A stretch of DNA of 64,000 bases from Eledone cirrhosa (GCA_964016885.1 OZ024743.1:58528001-58592000), one strand, 5' to 3'. Counted from the stretch's first letter, positions 1 through 12,706 are shown. Numbers and translations: made by a program. Notes: generated from the sequence alone by a model not told the origin.

Positions 1-199
1 ATATATATATATATATAATGAAAAGTATAGAAATTATTGTAGCAAGAAGCCAACAGTATTCCATAATATATAAGTGACTATAGCGTCAAAATGGAAAAAT
101 AGTTAACTAAGATGTGGGAAAATAATTCAAACTCAATTCAAAAAGAATCAGGATATAGATTCATCCACAGAATTTGGTGAAATCCAACTATATATATAT

Positions 200-533
200 A
201 GTTGTTCTCCGGTATTCGCAGAGGTTACGTTCCCAGAACACCCACGAAGAGTGAAAAACCACGTGGTACATAAATATGGCTATAAATGTCAAAATATAAC
301 GTAAAACATATGAAAACAGAGGGAGCGACTTAGGCGAAGGGACGTCCATTAGTTTGGCAAATTTAGTATATAATAATTTAGAGTTAAAAAAATATATATA
401 TTGCAACGAAAAAAGCCATAAAATATCGTGGAAGATATTTACGATTCCGCGAATATGCAGTGGTTTCCACGAACAATTATTAGGTTCTAAGAGAAATTCC
501 GCGAATGTCAGGACCGCAAATACCAGGGGTACA

Positions 534-535
<2 letters not shown>
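200..535. mobile_element. Degenerate pogo/Tigger-like MITE inserted in (TA)n
   Basis: Imperfect terminal inverted repeats (gttgttctccggtattcgcag... vs ...ccgcaaataccaggggtacacc), TA runs on both sides, no coding capacity. Confidence 0.4.
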
Positions 536-594
<59 letters not shown>

Positions 595-642
595 TAGTGT
601 AGGTATATTGTCACCAATTTAGCGGAGAGGTATTTAGAGAGT

Positions 643-1055
643 TGTAATATTGCCACGAGGAACCAGGTTTGGTAAAAAGATATGATAGGAATATCGACAA
701 CGACTTTAGCTTGGTTTTACATTATTTATTAACAGAGGTTGAGCTGGCATGCCAAGAGAAATAAAACAAATCAAATAAGATTACAAGAGAAAATACGGTC
801 GACTGGTTGAAGCGTTTAGCCAGGCCATAGTAATGTTTTGTCGTTACATATTGTTTGTGCTTACGGAGCAAAAGAACAAGTCGTGTTTACATTAGCACGG
901 TCTAGCTGGAAGTGATAGCGTCCTCAAGTCTTTGCGGGCTATTTCTCCCTCAGAACGCGTAGGGATACATCCTCTTCTACTGGCGCTGATTGGCTGAGCT
1001 GAGCCAAATCACGCACAGAGAATGTATGTGAGCCCGCGGAATGTAGGTCACTACA
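643..1055 (-). mobile_element. Probable LTR of a Gypsy-like retrotransposon (3' LTR with PPT)
   Basis: Minus strand reads TGTAGT...ATTACA (TG..CA with short inverted ends), has an internal AATAAA (tttatt at ~725), and is immediately preceded by purine-rich GGAGGTGA (1056-1063). Confidence 0.5.
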
Positions 1056-1542
1056 TCACCTCCGAGCAGATTTTTAGCCGAAAATCGTTAACGATGAAGC
1101 CGAGGACCCACAGATTATTGAATCAGCAAGAACAAATGCTGAAAGAGCACATCAGTGAAAAAATAATTGAGCAGAAAGATGGATGCAAGAAAAAAAAATG
1201 AGGCGCGACGGGCCGTGTTGAGCCGCTGTCAAATGACTAGCTGTTTTGTAGTTTATACATGACCACCAACGGTCTACCAGAAAACAGATAAAGTCTGACA
1301 TGGGCGAAGTTGCTGTTCTTGCATTAAATGTTAATGGTAAGTGTTGTACCAGTAGCTGTGGACGAAGCTATTATAGTAGTTTACCAGTGCTGGCAAGAAG
1401 ATGATGGGTAGGCGAGAAAATGTTGGCCTCCCAGATTATTGCCGAATGTGCTAGGGAGCCAGGAAAAAAATGGCTGGTTGCTTTGAAAAGAAAAAAAAGC
1501 AAGTTGAATCTGTAGGTGGGTTGCAGTTCCATAATTCGGACG

Positions 1543-2056
1543 AATAATAAAATAACAGGAGGCTGGACTGGTGTAATTCCTTAAATGTTTATTATACTAT
1601 GAACATTTCAATGACCGGGTTCAGTATGAACCCAGTGACATGAACAGTTATTGGAAATTTAACAAAGGAATATAATAGATACAATCCATGGGGCTTGAAA
1701 AAGCAAAAGGACGAGAAGGCGGCCAAAAAATTAGCAGTTGCCACTCCGATTAGCCGCCTTCAATTACCTTGGATTGTGTCTATTATATTCCTTTGATAAA
1801 TTTCGAATACCTGATGATGTCACCGATTTCGTACTGAACCTGGTCATTGAAATGTTCATAGAATAATAAACCTTTACGGAATTACACCAGTCCAGTCTCC
1901 TGTTATTTTATAATAATTAACTCCGTACTCGCACACCAACAACACAAACGAAGACGGGTGAATTGCATTACGTCGAGCGCTCTCCTTAATATTACATCAA
2001 GGTTGACTAACGGAATGACCACTTCTATCCAGTGGTGAACCAACAAACCTAAATGA

Positions 2057-2058
<2 letters not shown>
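1543..2058. mobile_element. Fold-back Penelope-type non-coding module (family A), inverted arms ~1543-1690 / ~1770-1915
   Basis: Arms are diverged reverse complements; same family as 41140-41460; carries an HHR motif. Confidence 0.7.
1807..1864 (+). ncRNA. Type I hammerhead ribozyme motif, family A (stem I has one mismatch)
   Basis: atac-CTGATGA(1811-1817)-stem II-GAAA(1849-1852)-tgttca-TA-gaat. The mirrored copy in the left arm has a decayed core (CTGTTCA). Confidence 0.65.
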
Positions 2059-2154
<96 letters not shown>

Positions 2155-2177
2155 TCAACTGTGAGATTTATATCGAA

Positions 2178-2358
2178 TAATAATTGTCTCTACTTTTGGC
2201 ACAAGGCCAGCAATTCCCCAGTACATTACTGGCAATTTATTTATCGACCCCGTAAAGATGAAAGGCAAAGTTAACCCCGACGCGATTTGAACTCAGACCG
2301 TAAAGGGACGTAACTATGCTAGAAAGCATGGTGTCCGACCCTCTACCAATTCTGCCAA
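2178..2358 (-). mobile_element. tRNA-derived octopus-type SINE (Meta-domain-like core)
   Basis: Reverse complement of the gagttcaaatccc B-box plus cctttcatccttacggggtcgataaaataaagtaccag core seen >15 times in the window. Confidence 0.85.
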
Positions 2359-2489
2359 TTTTATTTGTTTGCAAGCACACAGATACATAGCGCTATATGT
2401 TTCAACCGATTATCGCCATCGTTTTGTTCCAGTAGTGGCAGACAAAGGCCAATAACATTGACACAATTGTTAATTGTTTCTCTCAATTT

Positions 2490-2890
2490 CTTCTACGGCT
2501 ACACTCTCATCGACTTTTTCAAGTTCCACTTAGAAAATAAGTTGAGCGTAGAGTGCGACGTACAAGTACGTTCGTTAAGATGTGAGTGAAGGTAGTGGGG
2601 ATGGCCCGAGTGATTCAGCGTACTCTGAGAATGACTCTATAGGCTGCAGAATTCATAGGAGATAAGGGCTTCTTCCTATGCTGCTCTTGTGTTTAGGGTT
2701 GTTTCGGATCTGTGGGTTTCCTAATCTACCCTAGGTGATGTTAGCCGTCATTAAGGAAATCTGTTGTTATTTATTTATTCATTTATTGTTAATTGTGAAT
2801 AATTTCTTTTTATAATGTTTTTATGTAAATCCAATGTCCCTGTTCTTTTGTGTTCTCTTTTTTGTTTCGGCCCTAGTGGCTAATATAGAA
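2490..2890 (+). mobile_element. 3' end of Tx1/L1-like LINE, decayed
   Basis: LIDFFKFHLENKLSVE..., similar to 3326-3785, followed by a matching 3' UTR. Confidence 0.5.
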
Positions 2891-2934
2891 AGAATTATCA
2901 TTAATATTATTCCATTCGTAACGCTTTTGCTCTG

Positions 2935-3310
2935 ATGTTATACCGACACTATACTAAAAGAGCGAGCCGTAGCCAATGGCCCTTTGGTTCATTTCGTCTC
3001 CTTCAAATTTTTAATACCCACCTTAGAATCCTTGCTGTTTCCAGCAAGGCTGTTTTCTGTCACAATCCCCTTCTAGTGGTAATCACTACCTGTCTCATGT
3101 CTACGTGTCTGATTCTCCACAGTTTCCTGATTTCCTCCTTCAGCTCCTGGTACTTTTCAACTTACTCACTTTCCTCCTCATTCACCGAGTGGTTCCGCGA
3201 TGAAGCAATATCCAAAATACTTGCTTTGTTATTCTTCCTTTCTACGACAATGTCAGGCTTTCTAACTACGATAAAATGGTCACACTGGATGGTCATGTCC
3301 CACAACATCT
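2935..3310 (-). pseudogene. RTE-like LINE RT fragment
   Basis: Minus strand gives decayed RT C-terminal-type sequence (WDMTIQCDH...KPDIVV...ILDIAS...EKVEKYQEL...IQKTALLETARILR), which could alternatively be the nuclease end of an RLE-type LINE. Confidence 0.4.
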
Positions 3311-3325
3311 TAATATTATTATTAG

Positions 3326-3786
3326 GTTGAAAGGACTAAAGACAGACACTTTTCTCTTCGGCCAATCCCTCATCAACTTCTTCAAGTTTCACCTGGAAAG
3401 GAGGGTGAGGGTGGAGAGAGAAGTGCTGCCCCCCAGTACATTTGCTAAAAGGTGGGTGAATGTGGCGAGAATGGCTCGTGTGAATGGGCCTACTCTGACC
3501 ATGCGCCTATAGGCTAGCTAACTTGAGGAGAGGGGTGCTCTCCTGGGTGCCCTAGAAGCGCAGGGTGGTTCAGGATTGGTGGGGTACCCGAATCACCCCA
3601 GGGTCGTCCACCCCCTATCGGGGAATTTATTTTCTTATATTTTGCATAGTTTATTTTATATTTTATATTTTCATTGTTAAATTAGTCTTGCCATTGTGCA
3701 CTTTTACTCGACCTTATTGTAAACCCCCACTGTCCCTGTCTTTGTATTGTCCCCTACATGTCGGCCCTTGTGGCTAATAAATGAAA

Positions 3787-3790
<4 letters not shown>
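3326..3790 (+). mobile_element. 3' end of Tx1/L1-like LINE with AATAAA and (ATT)n tail
   Basis: RLKGLKTDTFLFGQSLINFFKFHLERRVRVERE...RW stop, then UTR, aataaa at ~3776 and (att)n. Confidence 0.55.
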
Positions 3791-3829
<39 letters not shown>

Positions 3830-3830
3830 T

Positions 3831-4005
3831 AGGGCGGTGGATTGGCAGGCGCCATGCTTTGCAGCATAGAGTTACGGTCCTTTATGATCTGAGTTCAAGT
3901 CCCGCCGAGGTTAACTTGCCTTTCATCCTTACGGGGTCGATAAAATAAAGTACCAGTAATACACTGGAATAATTGCTGGGCTTGTGTCAAATGTAGAAAC
4001 AATTA
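3831..4005 (+). mobile_element. tRNA-derived SINE (internally deleted head)
   Basis: gggcggtggattggcag ... gagttcaagtcccgccgagg ... conserved core. Confidence 0.85.
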
Positions 4006-4039
4006 TTATTACTTTTATATATCAGTCATTGTTGTTATT

Positions 4040-4540
4040 TAACCGGAACATTTGTCCTAATGAACATCAAGCCGCTACCTGCAGCCTCAGATATTCAAAC
4101 ATATTGGAGGGTCCTTGCTGTTCCCCGTAGGCATGCCTTCTGGAGTGTTCCAAAAAAGGGGAACTGGGCCCTTATGATGATGGGGACGACCTTAATCTTA
4201 TGACAATTCCAAATCCGTTTCAGTTAACATTTTAAATCCTGGTATCGATTATTTTTCTTCTCCATTCTTGCATTCGTGTGGCAAGCTATATCTATAATAA
4301 AGCAAGATCTTTTTTCCACATCAAAAACCACCAGGGTAAGCCTATGGTATTCTAATTCCTTTTCCTTTTGTATCCAGAAATCTCGGTCTTTTTCTATCAA
4401 CGACTCTGGCCAATGCTCACACCATTTCTCAGTGAACCACTTTTCCTATGTTGTTATGCCTTCATCCTTTATAGTTAGTCTGGCAAGGTGCTTACACACG
4501 GATACGATGTGAGCCACAGTTTCCTCTCTCTCGCCACAGA
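4040..4540 (-). pseudogene. R4/Dong-type (restriction-like endonuclease) LINE C-terminal fragment
   Basis: Minus strand ETVAHIVSVCKHLARL..RHN.IG (CCHC knuckle region) ... FIIDIAC ... K..RYQDL ... IW.CH.IKVVPIII, typical RLE domain; disrupted. Confidence 0.6.
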
Positions 4541-4544
4541 TCAT

Positions 4545-4725
4545 GGTGGATTGGCAGTATCGGTAGAGGGTCGGACAACTTGCTTCGTAGAACAGAGTTA
4601 CGCCCCTTTCTGATCTGAGTTCAAATCCTGCCGAGGTTAACTTTGCCTTTCATCCTTACGGGGGTCGATAAAATAAAGTACCAGTAACACACTGGCTTAA
4701 TTGCTGGCCTTGTGCCAAAAGTAGA
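4545..4725 (+). mobile_element. tRNA-derived SINE
   Basis: Full match to the recurrent SINE consensus. Confidence 0.85.
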
Positions 4726-5295
4726 ATAAAGTATTACTATTATACGCTTGGCCTTGTGCCTGAATCAGAAACCGTTATTACTATTATACGCTCAATACAC
4801 ACACACACACACCTATTTATGTGAGTGTGTATGTGTACGCATATGCTGAGTGTGCGGCTGGATGCGTGCGTATGTGTATATGCAGTTATGGCTATATATT
4901 TCCTTCTTTTTTTAACATATGTACATAGAGAGACACAACAACAAAAACAACAAAATTACAGCATACGTAATTAGAATTAAGGGAGTTAAAAAATGACTAC
5001 TCACTCCCTTTCACACCCCCTCTCCTATGGAGATTTCGTGTGTGACCTAGATCTTCTCACAGCCGTGAGGCAAAACATAAGTTTTAGTGAAATACTTTGG
5101 TAAGTTGATATACCTAAACCACAGGTATAAGTTGATGTCTCATAATTCCATACATACATATATATAGAGAGACAATAACTCTCTGAGACAATACGAGATC
5201 GTATGTGTGTGTGGGGGGTAGGGGGTGGGGTATGTCGGTGGGACGTATTGTGCGTCAGGTGTTGTATATATATATGTTGTGTGTTTGTGTGCTTG

Positions 5296-5336
<41 letters not shown>

Positions 5337-5365
5337 CACGCACACACACACACACACACACACAT

Positions 5366-5406
<41 letters not shown>

Positions 5407-5726
5407 CATATATACGTACATATGTGTTGTGTATGTGTGTGTGTGCGCGCGCGTTTGTGTAAGAGTGAGGGAATGTGTGTTTGTGTGAATGTCTGTAGTG
5501 GAACGGTTTGATGGTGTGAATATATTTATGTTGACAACCACGCACACACACACACACATACTCACACACACACACAGACTCTCTCTTTCTCACTCACTCA
5601 CGCACATACTCACACATTTATTCATTAGCATCGAAATAACCTCTACAGGAATACGACTTTCACTCGAATGAAATTATCATTATAAATACACATAGGCACA
5701 CTCGTGTGTATGTGTGTGTATATATA

Positions 5727-5805
<79 letters not shown>

Positions 5806-6012
5806 ATGTTCATATGTCTGTATGTGTGTGTAGCTGTGCGGGTGTATGATAGTTCAACTGTAATGGACATTTCTGATGAATTAATACAAATGAAACAGAT
5901 ATGGTGCGATAGAATCATTTCTATATAAAATATATATGGTCCTTCCCTCCTAACATATTGAGTACCATTTTTTAACTATGAATTTGGTTCCACCCCCTTC
6001 GGACAACCATTG

Positions 6013-6390
6013 ATGGATTGGCAGTATCGTAGTGGGTTGGACGCCATGCTTTGACGCATAGAATTACGGCTCTTGCCATTCTGAGTTCAAATCCCGCTGA
6101 GGTTAACTTTGCCTTTCATCCTTATGGGGTCGATAAAATAAAGTACCAGTAATGCATTGGGTATTTGCTGGCCTTGTGCCAAAAATAGAAACAATAATTA
6201 TATGCGGTTGATTGGCAGTATCGGTAGCGCGTAAGACACCATGATTTACAGCATTGGATTATGGCACTTTACGTTCTGAGTTCAAATCCCGCCGAGGTTA
6301 GCTTTGCCTTTCATCCTTACGGGGTCGATAAAATAAAGTACCAGTAATATACTGGAATAATTGCTGGCCTTGTGCCAAAAATAGAAACAT
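6013..6390 (+). mobile_element. Two tandem tRNA-derived SINE copies (6013-6197, 6204-6390)
   Basis: Head-to-tail copies of the same consensus. Confidence 0.85.
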
Positions 6391-6680
6391 TTATTATATA
6401 TATATGACTATTTCTGTCGATTTTTGTCGATTCTTATCTATTCGAGAATGTCCAGGTTAGTCTCTTACCTGTTTGTATTTATCGCTGCTGTGGTTACAAT
6501 CTATGGCCACATACACCTGATCGTTTTATTCATGGTGTCACCCTTTCTTAACTTTACTCTGGATGAAATTCTAGTAAAATGGAGTGCTTTGTGACTGCCC
6601 CAAACAATTTGATTGCTAACTGCTTTACTGCGGCTACAACTTCGATTTACTCCTTATATATATATATATATATATATAGT

Positions 6681-6865
6681 AATAATAATTGTTTCTACTT
6701 TAGGCACAAGGCCAGTAATTTACCAGTACATTACTGGTACTTTATTTTATCGACCCCGTAAGGATGAAAGACAAAGTTAACCTCGGCAGGATTTGAACTC
6801 AGACCGTAAGGGGACGTAACTATGCTAGAAAACATGGCGTCCAACCCTCTACCGATATTGCCAAT
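6681..6865 (-). mobile_element. tRNA-derived SINE
   Basis: Reverse complement of the consensus. Confidence 0.85.
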
Positions 6866-6964
6866 TCACTAATAAATGTGAAGACTAAAATCCGAAGAGG
6901 GCTCGATAAGGATAATATATAAATAACTATATATACAAACCGTAGAACAATTATTTATTAAAAT

Positions 6965-7032
6965 AACAGATTAAGTTTCAGAAGATCCCGTTAAGGGTGA
7001 AAGCAACGATTCTTTGCTTAAACTTTAATCTG

Positions 7033-7034
<2 letters not shown>
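6965..7034 (+). ncRNA. Type I hammerhead ribozyme motif, family B, core variant CAGAAGA, abutting (TA)n
   Basis: aacagattaagttt-CAGAAGA-t ccc gttaa ggg t-GAAA-gcaa cgattct ttgc-TT-aaacttt aatctgtt; 14-bp stem I with one bulge. Confidence 0.7.
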
Positions 7035-7098
<64 letters not shown>

Positions 7099-7423
7099 GC
7101 CTCTGTGTACATATATATGTGTGTTTATGTATGTGTGTAAGCATTTGTACATATGTTGCATTGGAGACATATACGACTAAGTTGGAACGGTATGGTTCTA
7201 AAATACATAATCGACGTTTATGGATCTACACAGTCACATCTTCAGGATGAAGTAATGCTGGCTTATATTGCTTACAATTTTTAGCAGATAAGGCTAATAT
7301 GATTTGTGTAAAATCACCCGCTGAAATCTGAATTTTGATCATTAGATTTCTAAGCCAATAGTTTCATTTATAACAACGATATATATAGTTTGTGTGTTTA
7401 TTTTAGCATTGTGTTGTGTCAGA

Positions 7424-7642
7424 AGGGCGGTGGATTGGCAGTATTGGTAGAGGGTCGGGCGCCATGCTTTGCAGCATAGAGTTAAGGCCCTTTATGAACT
7501 GAGTTCAAATACCACTGAGGTTAACTTTGCCTTTGATCTTTACGGGGTCGATAAAATAAAGTACCAGTCCCGTACTGGGGTAGATTTAATCAACTTTCCC
7601 CTCCCCCTAAATTCCTGGCCTTGTGCCTATATAAGAAATCAC
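7424..7642 (+). mobile_element. tRNA-derived SINE with target-site duplication
   Basis: Consensus match; tgtgttgtgtcagaag duplicated at ~7410-7425 and ~7643-7658. Confidence 0.85.
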
Positions 7643-7709
7643 TGTGTTGTGTCAGAAGTGTTACTTCCGAAATCAACCATCTAATTTTGTATGGAATTCT
7701 GTACTGTAT

Positions 7710-8010
7710 GAGGGCGCGTGTATTATTGTTTAATGTGCTGGTCTCGCATTCATAATGCTCTCAATTTGAATCTTGGACCATGCAGCGCATATTGTACTCT
7801 TGAGCAAGACACTATATTTCACATTTCTACAGAGTATTCAGCTGTCAAAAATGAGTTCAGATTTTGGAGGTGCCAAGCGACATCGGCCGTTCCCTTGCCT
7901 TTGGACGAAATAGGTGTCGTAGAGAAAGTAGAGTTTCATGCATAGGCGACTGCAGGCCTTCCACAAAACACCTAGCCTTGGTTTGTGCCTCGAAGAAGCA
8001 AACCTCTAGT
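7710..8010 (+). mobile_element. Second, older SINE family (tccttgagcaagacact core); other copies ~32700-33110, 46380-46460, 50385-50600, 57130-57330, 61210-61330
   Basis: tRNA-like head ggcgcgtg..tagtg..tt followed by cttgagcaagacact..atttcac.ttgctccagt. Confidence 0.6.
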
Positions 8011-8436
8011 CAGTCTGTCATGGGTTCATAACACATGGTCAATTATAACCGAAGGCATGGGTGGGTGTATGATCTCCTTTTTTGGTCCTTCCTTGTGTAC
8101 CGTGCCGATATGTTGTTTACCTCTATATATAAGTCGTTTTCATTGTCGTTTCTAGATGGCCTGAATATCTGCGGCAAAAAGTTGCTTTCAAGGTACAGGC
8201 TTTGACATTTCTATTTGGGGGGGGGGGTAGGTAGGTGGTAGTAAGACATACAGTCTCCCATGAATGCCAATCATTTCGCCTCACTTTGAAAATGTTGTCT
8301 AGTAATTCGCAACATTTTCGTACCAAGCAGTCTGTTGGAACGTAATGGATCTTATCAGATATCAAGAGACATCTCGTACGACACTCATTCGACTCCGCTC
8401 TCTCTCCCTCTCTTTTCCCCCTCTTTCTCTCTCTCT

Positions 8437-8505
<69 letters not shown>

Positions 8506-8605
8506 CGGTTGACGGCTAAGAGAATAGAGTACTCAATATCAAAGAAGGTTATTTAGTCTTAATAATATGAACAAACACACAGACACACAAATGCACACAC
8601 TCACA

Positions 8606-8691
<86 letters not shown>

Positions 8692-8696
<5 letters not shown>

Positions 8697-8815
8697 TAGG
8701 GTGTGGTAAAAAAACAGGTGGACCATAACCCACCGGAGTACTCGCTGCTTGGGGTTAGTAGATTCGAGTCTAGCTGTCGAAACGACCGGAGCTCAGCTAT
8801 CGGTGTCCTGAATCT

Positions 8816-8820
<5 letters not shown>
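8692..8820. mobile_element. (TA)n-flanked family C module (internally deleted fold-back) with HHR 3' half
   Basis: Left part is the reverse complement of the tail at 55630-55700/63925-63990; right part gtcGAAAcgac.ggagctcagcta.TC.ggtgtc. Confidence 0.6.
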
Positions 8821-8859
<39 letters not shown>

Positions 8860-8864
<5 letters not shown>

Positions 8865-9022
8865 CGTATTTAAGAAAGCCACAACAATGCAAAGGGAAAT
8901 CTCGAGGTAGGAAGTGAAATATACATAGGAAAAACCTCGAGATTTCCCTTTGCATTGTTGTGGCTTTCTTAAGTACGTATTTTTACACATTTCACAATGC
9001 TTCAAGCAAACTTTAACACCCT

Positions 9023-9025
<3 letters not shown>
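8860..9025. repeat. (TA)n-flanked fold-back: ~48-bp inverted arms, ~25-nt loop, ~42-nt tail
   Basis: aaatacgtatttaagaaagccac...ctcgaggt / acctcgag...tttcttaagtacgtattt; the loop contains tGAAAtatacaTAggaaaaa (possible HHR 3' half). Confidence 0.75.
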
Positions 9026-9083
<58 letters not shown>

Positions 9084-9641
9084 ACGTACTTATATACAGA
9101 CATATACATTCACATTCATATATGTGTGTGTGTATGTGTATGTTGAACCAATATCATTTCCGACGATGACTGTTACGGATGTTGGTATAACCCAATGCTC
9201 TACTCGCGAAATTTACATTTATGTGGCTGAACCATCCACAGTAACGTGTATCCTTCATAATGTTCTCACGGTGATCAAGCGTGACACTCTCAGTGACACG
9301 GCTGGCCGTATTGAATTACAGGTACAACATATTTTGGAGGCTAAAGCAATGGGAAATAATCGTTCTTGGCCAAGGATACATCACGCCGTCGGGAATCGAA
9401 TCCGTGATGTTTCGATTGTGAGTCAAAACCCTAACCACAAAGCCATGTGCCTTCTCACACATACATACACGCACGCACGCACATAGAAACAAGCATACAC
9501 ACACACCACACACACGCGCAAATACATACATATATATATGCAATATATATATACATATATACAAACACACACACACACAAATACATCCATATATATATGC
9601 AATACATATATACAAACACACACACACACACACACACACAA

Positions 9642-9728
<87 letters not shown>

Positions 9729-9736
9729 CACACACA

Positions 9737-9809
9737 CAGGGTGTCCTAAAAATGTATACACACTTCAACAGCATTCTATTAAATGTGTGTATACATTTTT
9801 TTGGTCACC

Positions 9810-9812
<3 letters not shown>
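9737..9812. mobile_element. Tiny Tc1/mariner-type MITE (CAGGGTG termini); related copy 45385-45484
   Basis: cagggtgtcctaaaaatgtatacacac ... gtgtgtatacattttttggtcaccctg within CA/TA repeats. Confidence 0.65.
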
Positions 9813-9906
<94 letters not shown>

Positions 9907-10184
9907 CATATATATATACATCAAGAAAAGAGAGACAGAGAGACGTGGGGAGAGAAGAGAACATTAGTTTGAGAGACCAACAGAAACATAGATTCCTACT
10001 TTCTAAAAGTTTTTCTTCTTCCCTCAATTTTCAATTACTTTCTCTCGTCTTTCTCCTTTTACTGCTACTCTTTCTTCTCTCTTCACACTTCTTTCTTTTT
10101 ATTTTTCTCTGAAGTCTATTTCTTAACATATTCCTTCACAACCCTCCTTATTTTACTCTCTCTTTCTCTCTCTCTCTCTCCCTC

Positions 10185-10250
<66 letters not shown>

Positions 10251-10498
10251 TCTTATTGTCATACTGTTTCTCTCCGCATCAGTTTCTCATAATATCACAT
10301 TTCACCATCTCCTACTCTCCTTCTCTAACCTCCACCTCTCCCTGTCTTACTTCTTCTTCTCACACTGCCCCTCTTCACTCATCCTTTCTCCTTTATTTTC
10401 TTAAGACTTTACGTCACACTTTTCTCCCCACACCCCTTTTCTACCCCACCCCCCTCTCTCCCTCTCTCTGTCTCTTTTCATTTTCTGACATACATATG

Positions 10499-10579
<81 letters not shown>

Positions 10580-12361
10580 TACATAAGCACACACACACAC
10601 ATATATATATATACATATATTATATACCATGTTTGTGTATGTAGTGTGTGTCTCATTCACACACATATGCACTCACATGTCATATACATACAAAATCACA
10701 CTCACACTCACACTAATTCACTGTCTCTCACTCACTCTCTCCCTCACTCTCTTTCTCTCTCTAACATACACACGCACACACACACACACACATACACACA
10801 AACACACACATAATCTCAGTTACAGATGAATGCTCCACCTACACCAACTTCAACATTCCCTGAAGCAGCAACACAATCTACATATAACTTACTTATTTTT
10901 TATCAACTTTATATAATCTTACACTGAGAGTCATCCCCAGGCAGTCTGCTCTGCTCTACAGTACCAATCTACTGGATATCTATCTATCTATCAATAGCAG
11001 CCACCCAACCACACAGCCCGTCACCCAGCCATCCAGGCTGACAGGCAACCCAGGATATATATCCTAAATTCAGGTTACTGGAAATGTCTCCTACTCTATA
11101 AATAACATACTCTGAAGTAATATCTATATACCTGGTGGATTAACAAATGGTCACAGTTCGGATACATGTCAGATATTTGTCTACCCATGGATATATAATT
11201 TAAGGTAAATATATATGTATGTATATTATCTATATACAAATATAAGTTTGAAAACCTTGTCCCACACGATGCAGACAACTTTAGTAATAGATGATAAATT
11301 GTTAAATAATCCAAAACGGCATACACGAGATATGGGGTTCAATTCCTCGCAGGCGTCTTTGCCCCCTGTTTTTCAGCTTCCAAGGGTACTGTACCCGATT
11401 TAGTCAACTATTCTTTATATGTATCATTTATTATTATAGTTATGAGTGTTGTGGTGACAACATTTAAAATTTTAAAAATTATAAATTTTCTATTGTTAAG
11501 TTAGACGTTCAATTTTATATAAAATTATAAATATACATCGGGTGTCATTTTGTGCATTTTACTGAACACCTACATAGCTTCAATAAAGAAGTTAATTCCA
11601 GTGAATTTTTTTATTGACTATACGTGGAATGGTTGCTGAGTTTTCTATTTGTGAAATGTCGCAGAGTTTTCTATTTATGAAATTTAGTAGAGCTTCATTT
11701 AGCCAGTACCAACGTTAACACTCAGGTTACCTAATCAGCAAAGCAAAGAGCTCAGAGAAGTGCCTTATCAAACTTTAAATGATTTCAGTTTTATACAAAA
11801 TTGTTTATTTAAATTTGATGACATACTTTACTGCGAGAAGTAAATAACCACTAAAGTTCAAACTGAAATTATTTTATTTAGGAGAAGTGGTGGCTCAATT
11901 TAGAATTAAATTAGAGTCCTAACGACGGAGACCGGCTCTGAATGTATCAAGGAGGTTGTGAAAATGGTCAGTCACCGCCGGGTGAAAGGGTGCAAAATTT
12001 GATCTGGCTTACCATGTCTATTAATCATAAGTAGTGGCGTCAAAGAAACTTGGATAAATCACTGAATAAGCACCAGGTGCAAACCTACTAAGAGTTGAGA
12101 TAACCAAAAACACCAGCTGACAGTTTGATGTATTCTAATAAAGTATACGTCAATTTCTTCCAGAGTAAGTGAGGGAAGGGGAAGGAGAGTTAGCCCATGC
12201 GAGAGAGAAGCAGAATTGTCACCGATACTGGTCTGATACCTTCTTTATTTATCATCATCGACATTTGTCCTGTGTAAAATTTAAACTCAGAATGTGGACA
12301 TCCGCAACGATAAATGCGCCAAAGTTCTCTATCATACGCCCTATCCACTTTGCGCATATGC

Positions 12362-12400
<39 letters not shown>

Positions 12401-12481
12401 TAGACATATATATATATATATAAATATATATACTGTATATATGTATATTGGAAAATGTGTGAGATCCTTGGTACAGTTAGG

Positions 12482-12706
12482 TATATTTTGAAAAAAGGAA
12501 AAGAATGACTTCACTTGTAGTGCTAAATAATTTGATTTAATTTTACAATATTATAATATTATGAGTTGGTAGATCTACCAAAGGAAAAGAATGACTTCAC
12601 TTTTAGTGCTAAATAATTTGATTTAATTTTATAATATTATAATTTTATAAAATAAATCAAATCATTTACCACTACAAGTGAAGTCATTCTTTTCCTTTTT
12701 TTCAAA

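Noticed and set aside
5868-5915. CTGATGA-attaatacaaat-GAAA hammerhead-like core
   Set aside because: No UH site in register and no stem I complement.
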